A DNA stretch of 64,000 bases from Catajapyx aquilonaris (Eukaryota), in assembly GCA_000934665.2 (NCBI GenBank), contig JYFJ02000049.1:124001-188000 (forward strand). Reading direction: 5' to 3'. Every line of letters begins with the position of its first letter. Position 1 is the stretch's first letter. The notes under the pieces were generated by a model. That model searched no databases. It saw nothing but the letters and a program-made list of their open reading frames with translations, and had not been told where the DNA came from. The position numbers were made by a program, and so were the translations under genes. This document shows, piece after piece, positions 1 through 13,637 of this stretch.

Positions 1-2222
1 TCTGACTGAAAATGCGTAACGAAAGTACCATTGTTTTCTAATAGTAAATCAGCAATTAAACTTTCCACTTTCGAGGACCCCTGGAGACAGGTTGAAGGCC
101 GATGACCTAGCAGTGGTCCATCATGCTCATATCTGTCACGATGACGTAACCCAAAGTGCGAAAAGGCCCTCGTTAGCGTATGTGAAATATAGTCTCAGGA
201 CGGGCATCGACTTACCACCTGGAAACAGTTACTCCCACATAATTTCGGACCCCAAAAAGCTGCCGCCCCTGCTTCGACTTACATAATAAAATGCTGTAAT
301 CTGAGAACTGGCCTCGCGGGAGGATGGGGCATGAACACACACACACACCAAAAAAAAGTGAGCTGGGCCGGAGAAAAGAATCTAGTTGGGGAGCAGCGTG
401 GGTAAGTACACACCGAGGCGGCGCAGTTAATTGGAAGCCGTCCTTTTTCCTTCCCTCTTCCTTCCCCCTCCGCGCCATTCCTGCTACTATTTTTCTTCAT
501 TAAATTCCTTGTGGAGCGGAACTCCTCGGCCCAAGTTTCCATTAAGGCCGCCTTCTCTCTCCGGTAGCAAAAGGCTCGCATAAACGCAATTTGGGTGTCG
601 CCAAGGAGGAGACTCGGTTTGTCTCTCTCCCTGGATGCTGCTAGCTGGTAAAGGAACCAAGCCAAGGACTCCACCCACCCGGCACTCCCAATGTTGCCCG
701 AATCTGTTCCTCTTCGACGGCTCCTTTGTAAGCTTCGTGCCAATTTGAGAAACCCAACTGATGCCAAACAACCTGGGAATCAGCTGATGAGGAAAAACCA
801 CGGGCTGCGTGTTCTTATCTCCGCCAAAATGCTCCAACACCAATTTTGTCGTTCCTACGCTTTTAACTAATGAATTAAAATCTAAAATTTTAGCCCAAAA
901 TTATTGCATGCCCACTCAAGCACTACCGCAAATAGCCAGATAAATAATCGGGTGGGAAAAAAAGCAAGGCGCGAGTATATTTATTTTTGTCGGTTTCCAA
1001 GGCCACACCTTTATCAAAAAGTCAGGCACGGACAAGCTGCGATCCAAGAGTTACGAGCCGCAAGGGCATTTTCGTGTACAATTCCGACCCATTCCAAGAA
1101 TAGGCGCGTTTGGACATTCGTGCCGGTTCCACGAGCATAATGTCGCCTGTTTGGGGTAGTAGCCAGAGTATAGCCACAGCAGGGCAAGGTGGCTGCATTA
1201 GCAAGGTGAAATACGACTGCACCCGACTTTTTGCGCTAATCACTCTGGTGGATCTCACTCGGTTTGTGTCCTAGACTCAGGGAACCCAGGAGAGGAATGG
1301 GCGAACGCGGATAGAAAAATGGGAAAAGCATGTGTGGCGTGCAGCATGCACATGTGGCCTTCATGCACGGGTCCCCCAAAATTTTATAGCCAATATTTTA
1401 TACGTTTTATTCCCATGGCCCACCACCCAGGGTGGGCCGCAGAACAAGAAAATACGCGGCCCATAAAGTGGGCAGTTATGCTGTCCGAATGCATTGCGAT
1501 CCGGGCCTGATTTCCTGCGTGTCTGCGGACTCTATCTCACACCGGGCCCCCCCAAGGTAATCGCCTATAAACTCCTTTATGGCCCGCAGACACTGCGCCA
1601 AAGTTTTCACGATATCAGTTCAATGGATTTATTCTGTCGGGGAGATTGGGCACACGCCACCCCTGACAGTCGCTCAGTACAGTTGCTCCTGACTCAATAC
1701 ATTGTGGTTCACCCTGTACATCGATTTGTGCTTACCAAAACTACCGTGGTCTCAGGTTTCCAGTGCAATGCACGTGATTTTTTTACAGTCTAAATTATAC
1801 CGGATGCAACATTGTAAAAACAAAATCTCCATTAATTTGGATGCTTGCAACCGCATTTGTGCACCGCCTATTATTAATGCGGATCAAAATAGTAACAAGA
1901 TAATAGGATAGCGTGGCCTCCGGCTGCAGATACAAAGCCCTGGGAAAATTTTCTAAACTTCCCTCCCAAAAGCACAAACTCTGAAAGGCCATTGTACACT
2001 AATGGCTCAAACTTGAAAGCGGTCAGAAGGGTCTGCTGCTACCCCGGCTGCCTTTAGGATTACTTTGTTCAAAGCTATTCCAATAATACGGTCCAACCTA
2101 CAGGAATTTCCATTGACAACGTCTTTATTCGGCCCTAAACCACGACCGACTGCTCTATTTATTCTAGACATTTTAATCGGCCGTATTCTACTGACAGGAA
2201 GAATGAGTTATTAAAGCAGTTA

Positions 2223-2275
2223 CAGGTTGATTCATAATTGCGAACTTCCGCACAAAGTTATTATGAAACACCCTG
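2223..2275. mobile_element. 53-bp Tc1/mariner-type miniature element (degenerate)
   Basis: ACAGGTTGATTCATAAT (2222-2238) matches the reverse complement of 2260-2276, ACAGGGTGTTTCATAAT, at 15/17 positions, with an inner AACTT/AAGTT pair. Left flank is TA, right flank TT. CAGGGTG ends are typical of mariner-like elements. Confidence 0.55.
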
Positions 2276-5200
2276 TTGTAATATCAGGGCATCGACCAGC
2301 TTGCCCTTAATAATGTCGTATTACTTTAGCCCGGAAAAATCAAAGCAGGTTGAAATGAATTGCCGTGAATCACATCTGCTGCAAGAAATCAGAGTCTTCT
2401 TTCTCTCTTTTACCCTCCTGAAAGTGTGGTCCCCATGGAGACACGCTTCTGCCACGCTGCCTTACCGACCCAAAAGCTCGGCTGCGCGTGCAAGCAAGCA
2501 AGGGAAAGCCTACAATGCAACAATCATTTCGCGGTGGGGGAAAGGATGGTTGGGGGCTTCATATTCGCCGGTAATCCCACTGGGAGCAAGGAGGGGCTTT
2601 TGAGAAAAGAGAGAGGTTCCTTCCTCTGGTGATGAGCGATGAGCTCTTCTTCTCCTACAGCAAACAATCCTCCTCGTCTTCCTCCCCGGTGATGAAGAGG
2701 ACGCAAGCATTAAGGGATAGCAACCGCCTCAAAAGGAACTTGTCCTGGCCCAGAAATTGATGGCCAGCAGGAAAGGCAACGACTGCTTCAAGATATTGCT
2801 CTTGCTAACAGCTTACTCAGGAAAGCCCCCCCCCCCTCCTCTCCTTTTCTTATAACCAGACCGCTGAATCGGCCCAAAATCCTGCCCTCGGATTCAAGAC
2901 CTACACATCCACAGTCTGCATGAGACAGTTAAGCAATTGGCGCCACACACCCCAAAAAAAGAAGGAATGGCCTCTCTAATGCATAAAGTGGCCAAAGTCC
3001 GTGACAAAAACTCGTCCTCTCGGCCACAAATCTGCTGAAGAGACACCTCGATGCCATCACCAACACTACGGAGCTGGAGGGTGGAAGTGTATAAATCAAC
3101 TGCAGCCCCTTTCCCCCTGAAGACCTTTCGTAAAGAGGGATATCAGCTTGTAAAATTACCTCGCTTTGCTATTAGAAACAATCTTGCGGGAGCTGAGCCG
3201 CTCACTCACTCGCTGGGCATTTTTCATCCTCTCTTTTGCATGGATCCCTCCTACGCAGGCTTCGAATATATCTCCCTACTGGGACACCCCTCCCCCCCCC
3301 CTCAAAGCCAAAAAATTTGTTTTATGGAGCTATATCATGCCGCTGATCCCATCCCAGTTGCGGAGGGAGATCAATTGGGATTAAGGGACGGTGGAATATT
3401 AACGTTGGCTTGGGATTTAGCCAGCTCGCAATATGAAAAGGAAGGAGGGGGGAACCTGCTTTCTTCTTGCGCTACTTTCTTGAGAAAAGGGGGGAGGATG
3501 CAAATGGCGGTGGAACCAAAGACAGGTGCGGCACATGGAACCAACGAGAGTCGTTTCAGGAATGTCACCATGTCCCACAGCCTTGCAGACCTTTATTTTC
3601 CCAGCATGGATGCTCCCATCTAATACTGGAGCCCTGGATCAGGATCCTCCTCAGAGGGACATAAAATGGGCCTGGTTTTATGACTGTAATGGATGCAATT
3701 TGACGATTAGAATAACCACAAAAGGTGACCCCCTAATCCTTAGAATCGCCTGGAATATAGCCTGTACAGATAGTCACCAGAGACCCAAAATTTAACATCA
3801 AAAATCGCATCGTCCGGCATGAAAAATTTGAAACAAGCATTAAATATATTAATTGAAAAGCCATTTTTGCTTTTTGCGTGTGAATTGGGCATTTTTCTAG
3901 ACATGTGATCAAAGAGGATATATATTTAATTACAAAAAAGGCTGTACATATTAGACACACACAAAAAAACACCAGTAGTGACGAACTACTGGAGTGCACG
4001 TAATGGATTGGACCAATTCACTGAATCACTCTTTACGACAGCCTCACGTTAGTTGATCCCTTAACACCACTGCAAGTTACACCAATTCAAGTACTTAGAG
4101 TCATCGTACATGATCAGAGTATACTCCAAGGAGAGGGAGAGTGATTGAACACAATAAAAAGCAAGGGGGCCCGCACGTGTCAAAGTGGAGTCCACGAGGC
4201 TCTCTTTCCAAGGCAGCCTGGGCTGAACCGAAGATAATGTTCCACTTTGCGGTGACAAGCCCGGAATGGCGATCCATGAAGGCAATAATCGTGGAGCCAA
4301 GTGACCGGTTGGAAGGATGCCCAGACATTCAACAAAAAGCGCCCAGCTCGAAAAACTTTTCTCGTAAGGGTCTCCCCCTCCCCCAACAGGCGGCCTTGGA
4401 GACAAGTGTATGTGTAATGACAGCGCACGACACTTGGGGATCAGGAATCTCGCGCCATATTTTACCTTCCAACAACTAACTCAAACGCACTTTGCTGTCA
4501 ATTTGGGTGGAAAAACAGGGAAAGAAGATTGCATTCCTGGGGAGACAGTGATATGTAAGGGGGTCTCCGATCCCTGTGAAATGAGATTCGTGCATAGTTC
4601 AAAATGAAACCAGATGAATGAGAAGAGAGAGAGCAGCACCGCCGGAACACAAAAAAACGATTACGCGGATTTCTCGTGTGCCGAAAGCTATCATCCAAGA
4701 ATCCCTTTAATTAAACCGCCCTGACGCCACGCCCGTATATACCCACCAGGAGAAAGATTGTATAAATCCAGGGGATTACGCAGCCTCCTATATACCGAAA
4801 AAGAAGGCCCCTGCCTTCGCAACTGCACCATAAAGTTGCTGTTTAACTCATTAGAGCCGGCGAGTGCGGGGTTGGAGCCAAAGGTAACTTACTCTCCTCC
4901 ATCGCTAATTATCCCAACTCGTTAAAAGCTCGTTATAAAGAAAACTGCTCGTTCGTTTCGTGCCGTGACAATTGCCTCCGACAATGAGCATAACTGAACT
5001 CTAATTAACAAGGGATTTGCCAAGTTACACCTCCCACCCGGGGAGTGAAATTTGAAAATAATTCGGATTGCTCTAAAAGTTTGAGGACAAATGAACTTTG
5101 AGCATCACCCTCTCACAAAAGAAAGTCTGACTGGTTCTACAGACTCTCCAGATGTATGCCTAGCACTTTCCTGGGTCGACAGCCCCTTCGGGATAAAGGC

Positions 5201-8200
5201 TAGTAACCTCTCCGCATCTGAAAATTATTGCATCAAGTGTGGTGAATAATGAAGCGTTTCAGGCACGAGTCCATCTGACGTGCGTGGTCCGTGTTAGAGA
5301 AACACGACCCCTCCGAGTTGCATTGGTTGGTTGGGTCTCCTCCTAGGGCCAGTCCCCAGCAGAAGAAACACACGCAACCGTCTGGCTATTAGGCGGCCAA
5401 GGCGGATTTATCGAGGCAGTCCAGCTGGTTATTGCTGTCGAATGGATGGTCTCCAAGGCGATATGAGTCCTCCGGCAGGCGACGAGGCCCTAAACACAAC
5501 CGAGCTCAATCTCCTACCTCGTTTGTCACCGGGGCTTTGTGCCACTTCCTCCCCGCCAGCAAACAAGGGGAATGGAGGTAAAGGAAGGAAGGAGGGGGGA
5601 AAAAACTTGGGACAAATCTTGCGAATGAAGTCCACCGGGCGTCTTAAGGCTCCGGTGCCAGCCCTTTTTACTGCCTTTTTTCATGCTCTAATCCTGGCCA
5701 CTTGTGTCTTGTCACACGTCATTTTCTTAACGAAACATACGGAAAGGGTTGTTCCGCTCAAACCGATTGAGAAAGGATTGAACGAATCCAGTTTTATAGT
5801 ATGTCCTTACGAAAAAGCCATGATACTGTGAACAATTTGTCGCGTAAATATAACACACCAAATGTGCCGGAGCAATTATTATTATATAGCAGGTGATATA
5901 AAAGTATAAAGATATACCGTACAAGCTAAAATAATGCAGGGTCATGTCCAGTCCGAACTTATACCTCCAAGAAATTCTTATCTCAAGCACAGCACCTTTT
6001 TCCCTAACGGCGTAAGAATTCTGATTACCTCTCTGGTATATACAGTATCCGAATCTGAGCCGCTTTTGTAATGCAACCGCACAGAGTCATTTCCTGGCAC
6101 CCTCCTGGAGTTCCTCGATATTTCTTTCTCCCCAGGCAGGCAGGCGGGCGGGCAAGCAGCTGATTATTAAAGAAGCGGAATTATGCAGACGTGGCTCGCC
6201 CAAGGAGCAGCTCACTTAAGCCATCATTACTCACGGCAAGATTAATGGCGGGCAGGCCAAGCTAAATTGATTGGCACAATCGCGGCTGCAGGGGGATGGA
6301 AGGATGATACCTGCTCCCCGTGGCGACCGAGATATATCCCCCATTCCCTCAGCCCAACACCGACAAGAATCTCCATCATTCCCACCCCCAGCCTCACCCC
6401 CTCCACGTCGGATCAGCTCAACCAACCAACCAGAATCGCAAGTCTGATTGGGACTGCTTCACCCATCTACTTCCAAGGCAGCCCCCAAATGCCATGGCAA
6501 TGAAACGCAGCAGTTAATTGCAATTTGCTACTAACACACCTGTATATAGGTCCACTCCCAAAATAACTGGTGTAAAATAATACTCCAGAGAGTTATGAGT
6601 TGAAAAATGTGCGTCCCGTACTGATTGCCTCCTATAATCAGTTCATGAAAATTGCAGCAGTTTGCAGCTATTGTATGCAAGAGTGTCACGCAATTTGCAA
6701 CCGATCATGGTCTATCCATTTATAGTAACTTTTAATGCGGGACATAACGTTTGTTGGCATCAACACAAAGAGTGCTGGTAATTAGGACCCATGCCAGCAC
6801 GCTTGTGGGTACAGTAATGCAAATATTATTGACTGATTCACCCCCATCTGGCAAGATTTGTCAGCAGCATTTATTTGTTTGAACAGCCTGCAGCAAGCGA
6901 CACGTTTTTGCCTAACCCTACACGGTACGCATACGTACAAAATCTGACCGTGTTATTACGCTGGCCGCAGGGAGTGCCCCTTATGGGCTAATAATGAATA
7001 ATAATTCAAGCTCAAACTGCCGCGGCGGTCAATTTACCCAGAGTGTGTATGCAAGTGCACGCGAGGCCCCCTTCAATATTTGCATCAAATCACTTTCAAT
7101 TTGCCACCGTGAAAGCTGATTGTGTTGGCACGCAGGTGAATTTTTAGCTCTCAGACTTGAAACGGCCTGTGCCAATTGTGCTAGCCCGAATTTGGCCAAA
7201 AAAATATCAAAAAAATGCCGGTGGTCTGATGAAATTGTCAAAATCACGCATTCATCAAGCTGGGCTTTCGGGTCAGCAGGTTCAGCCCAGTACCGATGGG
7301 ACCGCTGCTGGGTTTTGGTGTTGACACAAGGCCCCGCGCATGCACAAAAGACAAACACTTGGAGCCGGCCCGAAACAATCCCGTCATTCAAAATGCGACG
7401 TGGAAATCATTCCCGAAGCACGGAGGAAGGGCCTTGTGATAACAAAAAGCTGGGTGCCCCGGTCATGTTGTCAGTCGTGGGAAAAAAGCCGAGTGTGCTG
7501 GCAGGCCCAATCGCGTAATGGCGACAAATTTCCACGCGAGGGTCATCCAGCTCCACAAAAAGCTTCCACTCATTGAGCTATTACAGGGGACCCTATCCCC
7601 CCCTGTTTATTGTTGACATTCCTTCCCCATCCCCCTGTTACTGGGCTAGCCTCTCCATCTGCGATTGATGGCAGCCGCCTCGGGGTCCACTCGACCCTGC
7701 TTTTGCGCCTGGGTTGCACGCAACACTGCAGCTCAAGAGAGGAGCCATGGTTACCTCCAGTCCAGGATGAACAAAAAAAAAATTAGTAGCCCCCAATGAA
7801 TTCTGGGGGGATAGTGGCACCCTGACGATGGCTTGTAACTTCCCCGAAAAAAAATTGCTGTTAGCTGCTATAGTTTCCCCCTAGGCCCGTCGCATAGCCC
7901 CAGGGCCTTATCCACAACCCCTGAAGCCCACAGACATGCTGCCTACTGTAATTAATAATTATTGTTAACCCGTTGCCGCGGCCATCGTCACGTGGGATCA
8001 GGACATGAAATTGGAAAAGCATATTAATGTAGCTGCTAATGTGCGACAATCTGCGTTGCGTTTCCCAGTGTAATTGGATGTGGATTTTAAGGAGAAATAT
8101 TGATCCTGCAAATTAAACGGGCGGTGCCTGTTATTAATAAAGCAAACATAAATATATTAAACCGATTTTGTGAACAAACATCCATGGCCACGAATCTGAT

Positions 8201-10433
8201 CGACGCTTCATCCTAAATGCAACCAACAATAAAAAAGGCGCAGTATTCGAATGGAACCTGCTCTTTAAGATTTGATTGGAAAATCATGCGCAAATCCGGT
8301 TTTCATTTATATGCAGCGCAGCACTTCAGGGCCTTAATTTTCAGCGTTCAAATAGCAGCAATTTTAAACTGAAAAGCTACACCGTTCTCTTTATTTCCAG
8401 GCTGCGTAAAAAGTGTCGGGGGCCAGAGTGCAACTGGATGAGTTTGCATGGATTGAAGTCGGAAGGAAGGAAGCTCCCGTTGAGAAACAAGCTCGTCTTG
8501 GTTCCCCCAGTGCAATCAGCTAAGAACAAAGGTTGGAAGGCGCGCCACGAGCCCCCGGAGACATGTATAAGGTGGGGGCCCCCACGCATTTAGAGCCTCG
8601 TAAACCCCCCTTCCCATCCCCTTAAACAAGCCCCCCAACTAAGGCAAGCAGCCTGTGATTCAATCACCACCTCCTTCCACTTCAGCTCTACAATCCGCAG
8701 ACTAGATTTCTCAGCAGCTTGCAAAATTTAGCTACTCGACTTTGCACTATCCGGAAGGAAAAATGATTCCGGGCTGTGTCATCTCGGCTCAGCTTAATCG
8801 AGGCCATGGGAACACCAGTGGGACACTTCACAAAATTTACACCGCCGTAAAATTCCTTGCGTTAATTAATTAATATTAATACTACTGTGCATACTGCGGA
8901 ATTTTGTCAATTGCGGCACAGAGGTGGTCGCACTCTGGACATTTCCGTCTCATTTCATTACATAAAATAACGCGTTCAATTTACAATACCAAAACAAATC
9001 GATTTCCAGCCTCATCCTCTAGAGTCTCGAGTGAATCTAACCCAAAATGTTGAAAACTTGGCCCAGAATCGGTCCGATTTTGGTAAGTGGTCTAGACTGG
9101 TTCGAGCCTTGCGGGGAGTACGTAGGAATATGCAAGAGATAAGTTGGTCGATTTGAGTTGCAAATTTCCAGAACGGCAACAGCGGCGGCGACGTTTGCGG
9201 GGAGTAGGTGGGAGGTAGGGGGGTGGAGAAGAAACTATACCGTGTTATCTCCTGCATAATAACCGCCCAGGCGGAGTAAGTATCTTGTTCCAAGTGACGC
9301 CCAAGCCGGGTTGGGTCGTTAGTTTCGCCCAGGCTCCTTGCAATCATGCAATGCACCGCTTTTCCCTCCCATCCCTAATGTCCCTTCTCCCCAAGAAAAT
9401 AATGGCCCTAGCAGCCTCTTGCTTCGCAGACGCAGCATCCGATGTGTAATTGCCAATACACAAGTTCGGGTGGCCCGAATTTATAAACCGGAGAAGAAGA
9501 AGAAAAAAAAAAATGGCAGCATCAATACACAGCACACTCTGGCGGCAGCGTCCTAGAAACAAGTTGGCAAGACATGCTCCATCGATAAAGGCTGACGGGT
9601 CGGATGGGGATTTAATTTGATTTTTAATTCCTGCTCCAGAATTAGCTTCCAGAATTGCTAAACTTAGGGGTCTGTAAAAGAAATTGGCTCCTTACCGTGG
9701 TTTTTACGGGGGTTACCTATATAATATTTCTGCCAGCTTAATGAGAACTCTTTTCAACAACCCTCCCTCGGGCTGCCTTATTGAGGGATTAAGATTTGGC
9801 ATCAACGCTACGCCGTAATAACCCTCGCTAATAAATGATAACCCCACCCCTTTAGCCCGCCCCTGTTTCACACCTGCTCTCCCCCATATACTATACCCAC
9901 CAGCTACAGCTTTTACGATGCCGTGTTGCCCTACGAACGCAAACGACATTAAAAATTAATCCGCCTCCTCGGGCTCTGTGACGCTTCGAGATGCGCCTCA
10001 TATTGGATAGAAAATATGCGTTCGAATAGTTCATTCCATCTTTTTCAACAACAACAGCAAAAAAAATGTAATCTGAACTTGGCTATATAAAAGCAGGGCC
10101 CGCCATTAATGTTCCCTCGCGCATGGCGCCTCTATTCAAAATAAGTGACATTCTGGAATGCGGGAAATGCCCGGATATTTTCCCACCCTTCTGGCGAGAT
10201 GTTTTAGCACGCAACTCGGTGAAAATGACGCGAAACTTCTCCCCTCCCTCCCCCCCTCCCCCCTCCCACCGAATAAAACTTGATATGAAATCCAATTTGT
10301 TGTCGACCAAATGAAAATTCCTGCAGGGTTGATGGTGCAAAGGGGGGGGGGAGTTTCCCCAAGAAAAGCCAAAACGTAGAAAATGGGAAGTGTTGGAAAA
10401 AGGAGGTGGGAGGGGTGAAGATTATTTTTTGGG

Positions 10434-10459
10434 GAGAGAGAGAGAGAGAGAGAGAGAGA
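10434..10459 (+). repeat. (GA)13 microsatellite
   Basis: Read directly from the sequence. Confidence 0.97.
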
Positions 10460-10766
10460 AAGTGGGGTTGGTTGCATGGATGGTGAGGTTGGGGGAGGGA
10501 AGGCCCAATCTGCTAATGCGGCTATGGCGGAAGTTGCGTGCGGTGTGCGCCAAGCCTCTTTTGCCCTTCCCAACCCAACTTCCTCCTGGGAAATGGGAAT
10601 CGGGCCCTTGCTCTCAATACAGCCAATAACGATGATTCCATCAAATGCTAATCCGGTATGAGGATGGTTCCCCCTCCGCCTCTTTTTTTTCTCTCTCTCT
10701 CGGAAGAAGAGGGGGGACATGTAGATACTGCGGTGTACAGAGGGGGAGACTGATGAATCCATGTCC

Positions 10767-10782
10767 GGATGGATGGATGGAT
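10767..10782 (+). repeat. (GGAT)4 short tandem repeat
   Basis: Read directly; followed by a degenerate GGGATG. Confidence 0.85.
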
Positions 10783-11695
10783 GGGATGCAGATGCTGCTT
10801 CACGGTTTTATAACCTTTGCTCATGAAGGTTAGTCACTCATCAATGCACTTCAGTTACTGATGGTTAGGACTTTCATCATTTTACATCATGTTTACAATC
10901 GGTATAGTCAAGCATGTTGTCACGTTTAGTATCCAGTTGGTCCATATAGATGGGCTACCTGCTGGGCGAGCATCCTCTCACGTTGCTCAACCAGAAGGCA
11001 GTGGAGAGAAATAGGAAAGAATGTTCAGAGTTGGCTGCGCATCGATCCATAAGTGGTGGAAACCTTCCAGGCCAGCAAAGCAGAGGGCAGGTCGCACAGA
11101 ACCCGGACAAAACAGTGCCTCTGCGGTGCTGCTGCAGCCGGATTTGCGACGAAGCTTGTGGAGCCCGGAATTTCACCCGGAAATTTAAATCCAGGACATT
11201 CCCCCGCCGCGCCGCTCGCTCAAAGAGTGTGTGCTATGCAAACTGGGGAAGCCTGGCACGTTACGAGCGTTACAGGTTGAGTACGTTATCGTCATGCACA
11301 TTCATGCTGTGAGGGTCAATGGACTACAAAAAAAACTGCTGGCTTCTAAAGGCACAACTAGCTCCTATAAATCATTATAAACGTTGCATGTGCGCTAACC
11401 ATTAAACCATCATCAATTCAACGCCATTTATCCAGGCTACTTGCTGCATGCCAGCGATATACTGTAAATGAAAAATTAACTTAGCCGAAGATTAGTTTAG
11501 TCGTGCAGGTAGCAACAGCATGCTATTCAAAACAGCCGTTTGTTTTCGGTCTCATTCCACTTTACTGGCTAAAATAATTTATTTGCAAATACTCTCTTTT
11601 CAACATTGGTATTTTTCATATCGAGTGGCTCTCGCGTCATTTTTTTCTTTAATTCGATTCAATCACGTTATTTAGAACTGCAATTGACTTTTTAA

Positions 11696-11822
11696 CCCTG
11701 TAATGGCCCTTGGGTCATATCTGGCACACCATTTAGTGCAATTTGGCACTTACAGGAAATATAAAAATTGCAAAAATTGCACTAAATGGTGTGCCAGATA
11801 TGACCCAGTGGGCATTACAGGG
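11696..11822. mobile_element. 127-bp piggyBac-type MITE
   Basis: TTAA on both sides (11692-11695 and 11823-11826), CCC…GGG termini, 49-bp terminal inverted repeats (11696-11744 and 11774-11822) with 3 mismatches, and a 29-bp spacer. TTAA duplication with CCC/GGG ends is the piggyBac signature. Confidence 0.9.
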
Positions 11823-12598
11823 TTAAGCAATTTGGAATTAAAATTACACCCAAAAAGCATTGGGTGCCATTTCAACTGCTAAAAATAATTTACAGAACAC
11901 AGTAAGCTAATCCTGTACTCATAATTCACCCAGTTACGACCAGCCTACAAGTACCACAACCACACGAGCAGACTAATAGACCTTGTATAATTGCCTTCCT
12001 TCGCTCCATATTTTAATCCATAATGCGCGTATGAATAAACAGACTCCCCCACCACAAAAGTGTCTAGACAAAAGCAGGCCTGCAGATATAAATATTTACA
12101 CACGTCGAACGCTGCTAAATATGCTCTGCCCGCAAACAGAATATTTTAAAGGGTCATTTCCCAGTCCAAATAACGGTGTAATTAGAGTGATGAAATAGTT
12201 GCGGGTGACAGCGCGGTCGCACACCGCCCATAAATTAAGCAACTTTTTTATTACTCGCTCGTCATGTCCCCCCCTCCCATGCAGATCCTCTGTTTTTGTG
12301 ACTGTCTCCAAATCACTTTTTGTGCGTCTCATTCGCTTGTTCAGCAAGTTCCTTCATTACTCCTTCGCAGTTTTCTCCCCATCTCTCCAGCACTTTTTGC
12401 TTCCTAGCAGCCTATACACGACTAGAGTGTATATAGTGTACTACTTTATGGAAGGACACGAAAAAGTTTTATCTGACTTGATTAGCCGTCGCGCTAAGGC
12501 TTCGCGTAAAAGGACGGCTTGTTTTTGATGCATTATAGAGGTTCAGGAGATATATCCTTTCCCTGGGAGGGTTATCGAACTCTGGTCAGTAAACCCAA

Positions 12599-12604
<6 letters not shown>

Positions 12605-12636
<32 letters not shown>
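12605..12636 (+). repeat. (GA)16 microsatellite
   Basis: Read directly from the sequence. Confidence 0.97.
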
Positions 12637-12639
<3 letters not shown>

Positions 12640-13605
12640 AAGGGAATTTCTTTTGCATTCCCTCTCCCTTTTCCCCAAAAGGCAGGTACGTATAATGATC
12701 GCAATACTTTTTCGGTTCGGTGTTCATCAGTTCTTGTAAAAAAAAAAAAAAATCGATGGCCATTGTGGGGGTCGGCCAACTATTGGGGAGGGAAAGAAGA
12801 AGGGGACGTGAACAACCTATAAAAAGGACGTCTTTTTTGGCGACTGGTGGTGATGAAAAGCTGCAGGTCAAGGTGGCTTCCTGAAGACGGATAGCACCAA
12901 ATGCATGTCCAAATTCCACTCGAGGGGGGAACCACCATTTTTTTTAGCCCCTCCATCCCCTGCGAGGCACAGATGGAACATTTTTATTGCCTGAGGGGGT
13001 ACGTCAACACATTTTTCCCGCCCTACCGACAAAAATTTCTGACAGTTTCCTGACCTGACGCACCGGCATTCCAGTCGATAGGCACCTACAATTTTCCAAA
13101 TAAAAACAGATAGGATAAATAACCCCCCTCTCCGAATGTTTGCTCTGCCATATTAATCCGATGGATATCCGTTCCGAAAATATAACGCGTGTCATGCCAG
13201 CAGGAAGCAAAGGCCATTCCCATTGTGGCCTGCTGATGTGTATCTCAACTCGTGTGCCCAGTTTTGAGGTGGAGTGCAACAGGGCGCCAGGGTGTAGCTG
13301 TATGACAAATTCCGTGCCCGGCAGCGAGTACAGGTGATTAAATAACAGGCTCGTAATCATCCATGAGTTGTGAATTTGATCACCGAGAGCGGGCGCCTGC
13401 ATACGTCTCAGTAATCAGGCAGGGTTGAATTATTCATGATCTGCCGAGAAACCAACCTAAAACCCCTTCAACCCCTGATACTCAGTCCCGACCACAAAGA
13501 CCTGGAGGCGAATGCACCCGGTGTCCAACCACACGAGGCCTGCAGCACCACCCCGCTAGTAACGTCATAATGCAAGCGAGATAACTCGATTCGTACAGTA
13601 CTCAC

Positions 13606-13637
13606 TGACCGTGGAACCACTCGGAGAAACAGCTTAC
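13606..13637 (-). other. 32-nt cryptic RS-exon downstream of the ratchet point
   Basis: GTAAGCTGTTTCTCCGAGTGGTTCCACGGTCA is followed by the consensus donor GTGAGT (13605-13600). Its length is not a multiple of 3. Confidence 0.55.

Noticed and set aside
1..30. Minus-strand acceptor-like CATTTTCAG|TCAGA at the window edge
   Set aside because: Only 5 nt of possible exon are visible, so it cannot be assessed without flanking sequence.
210..230. TTTCCAG|GTG|GTAAGT as a 3-nt microexon or ratchet variant
   Set aside because: The pyrimidine tract is very short and an AG lies just upstream.
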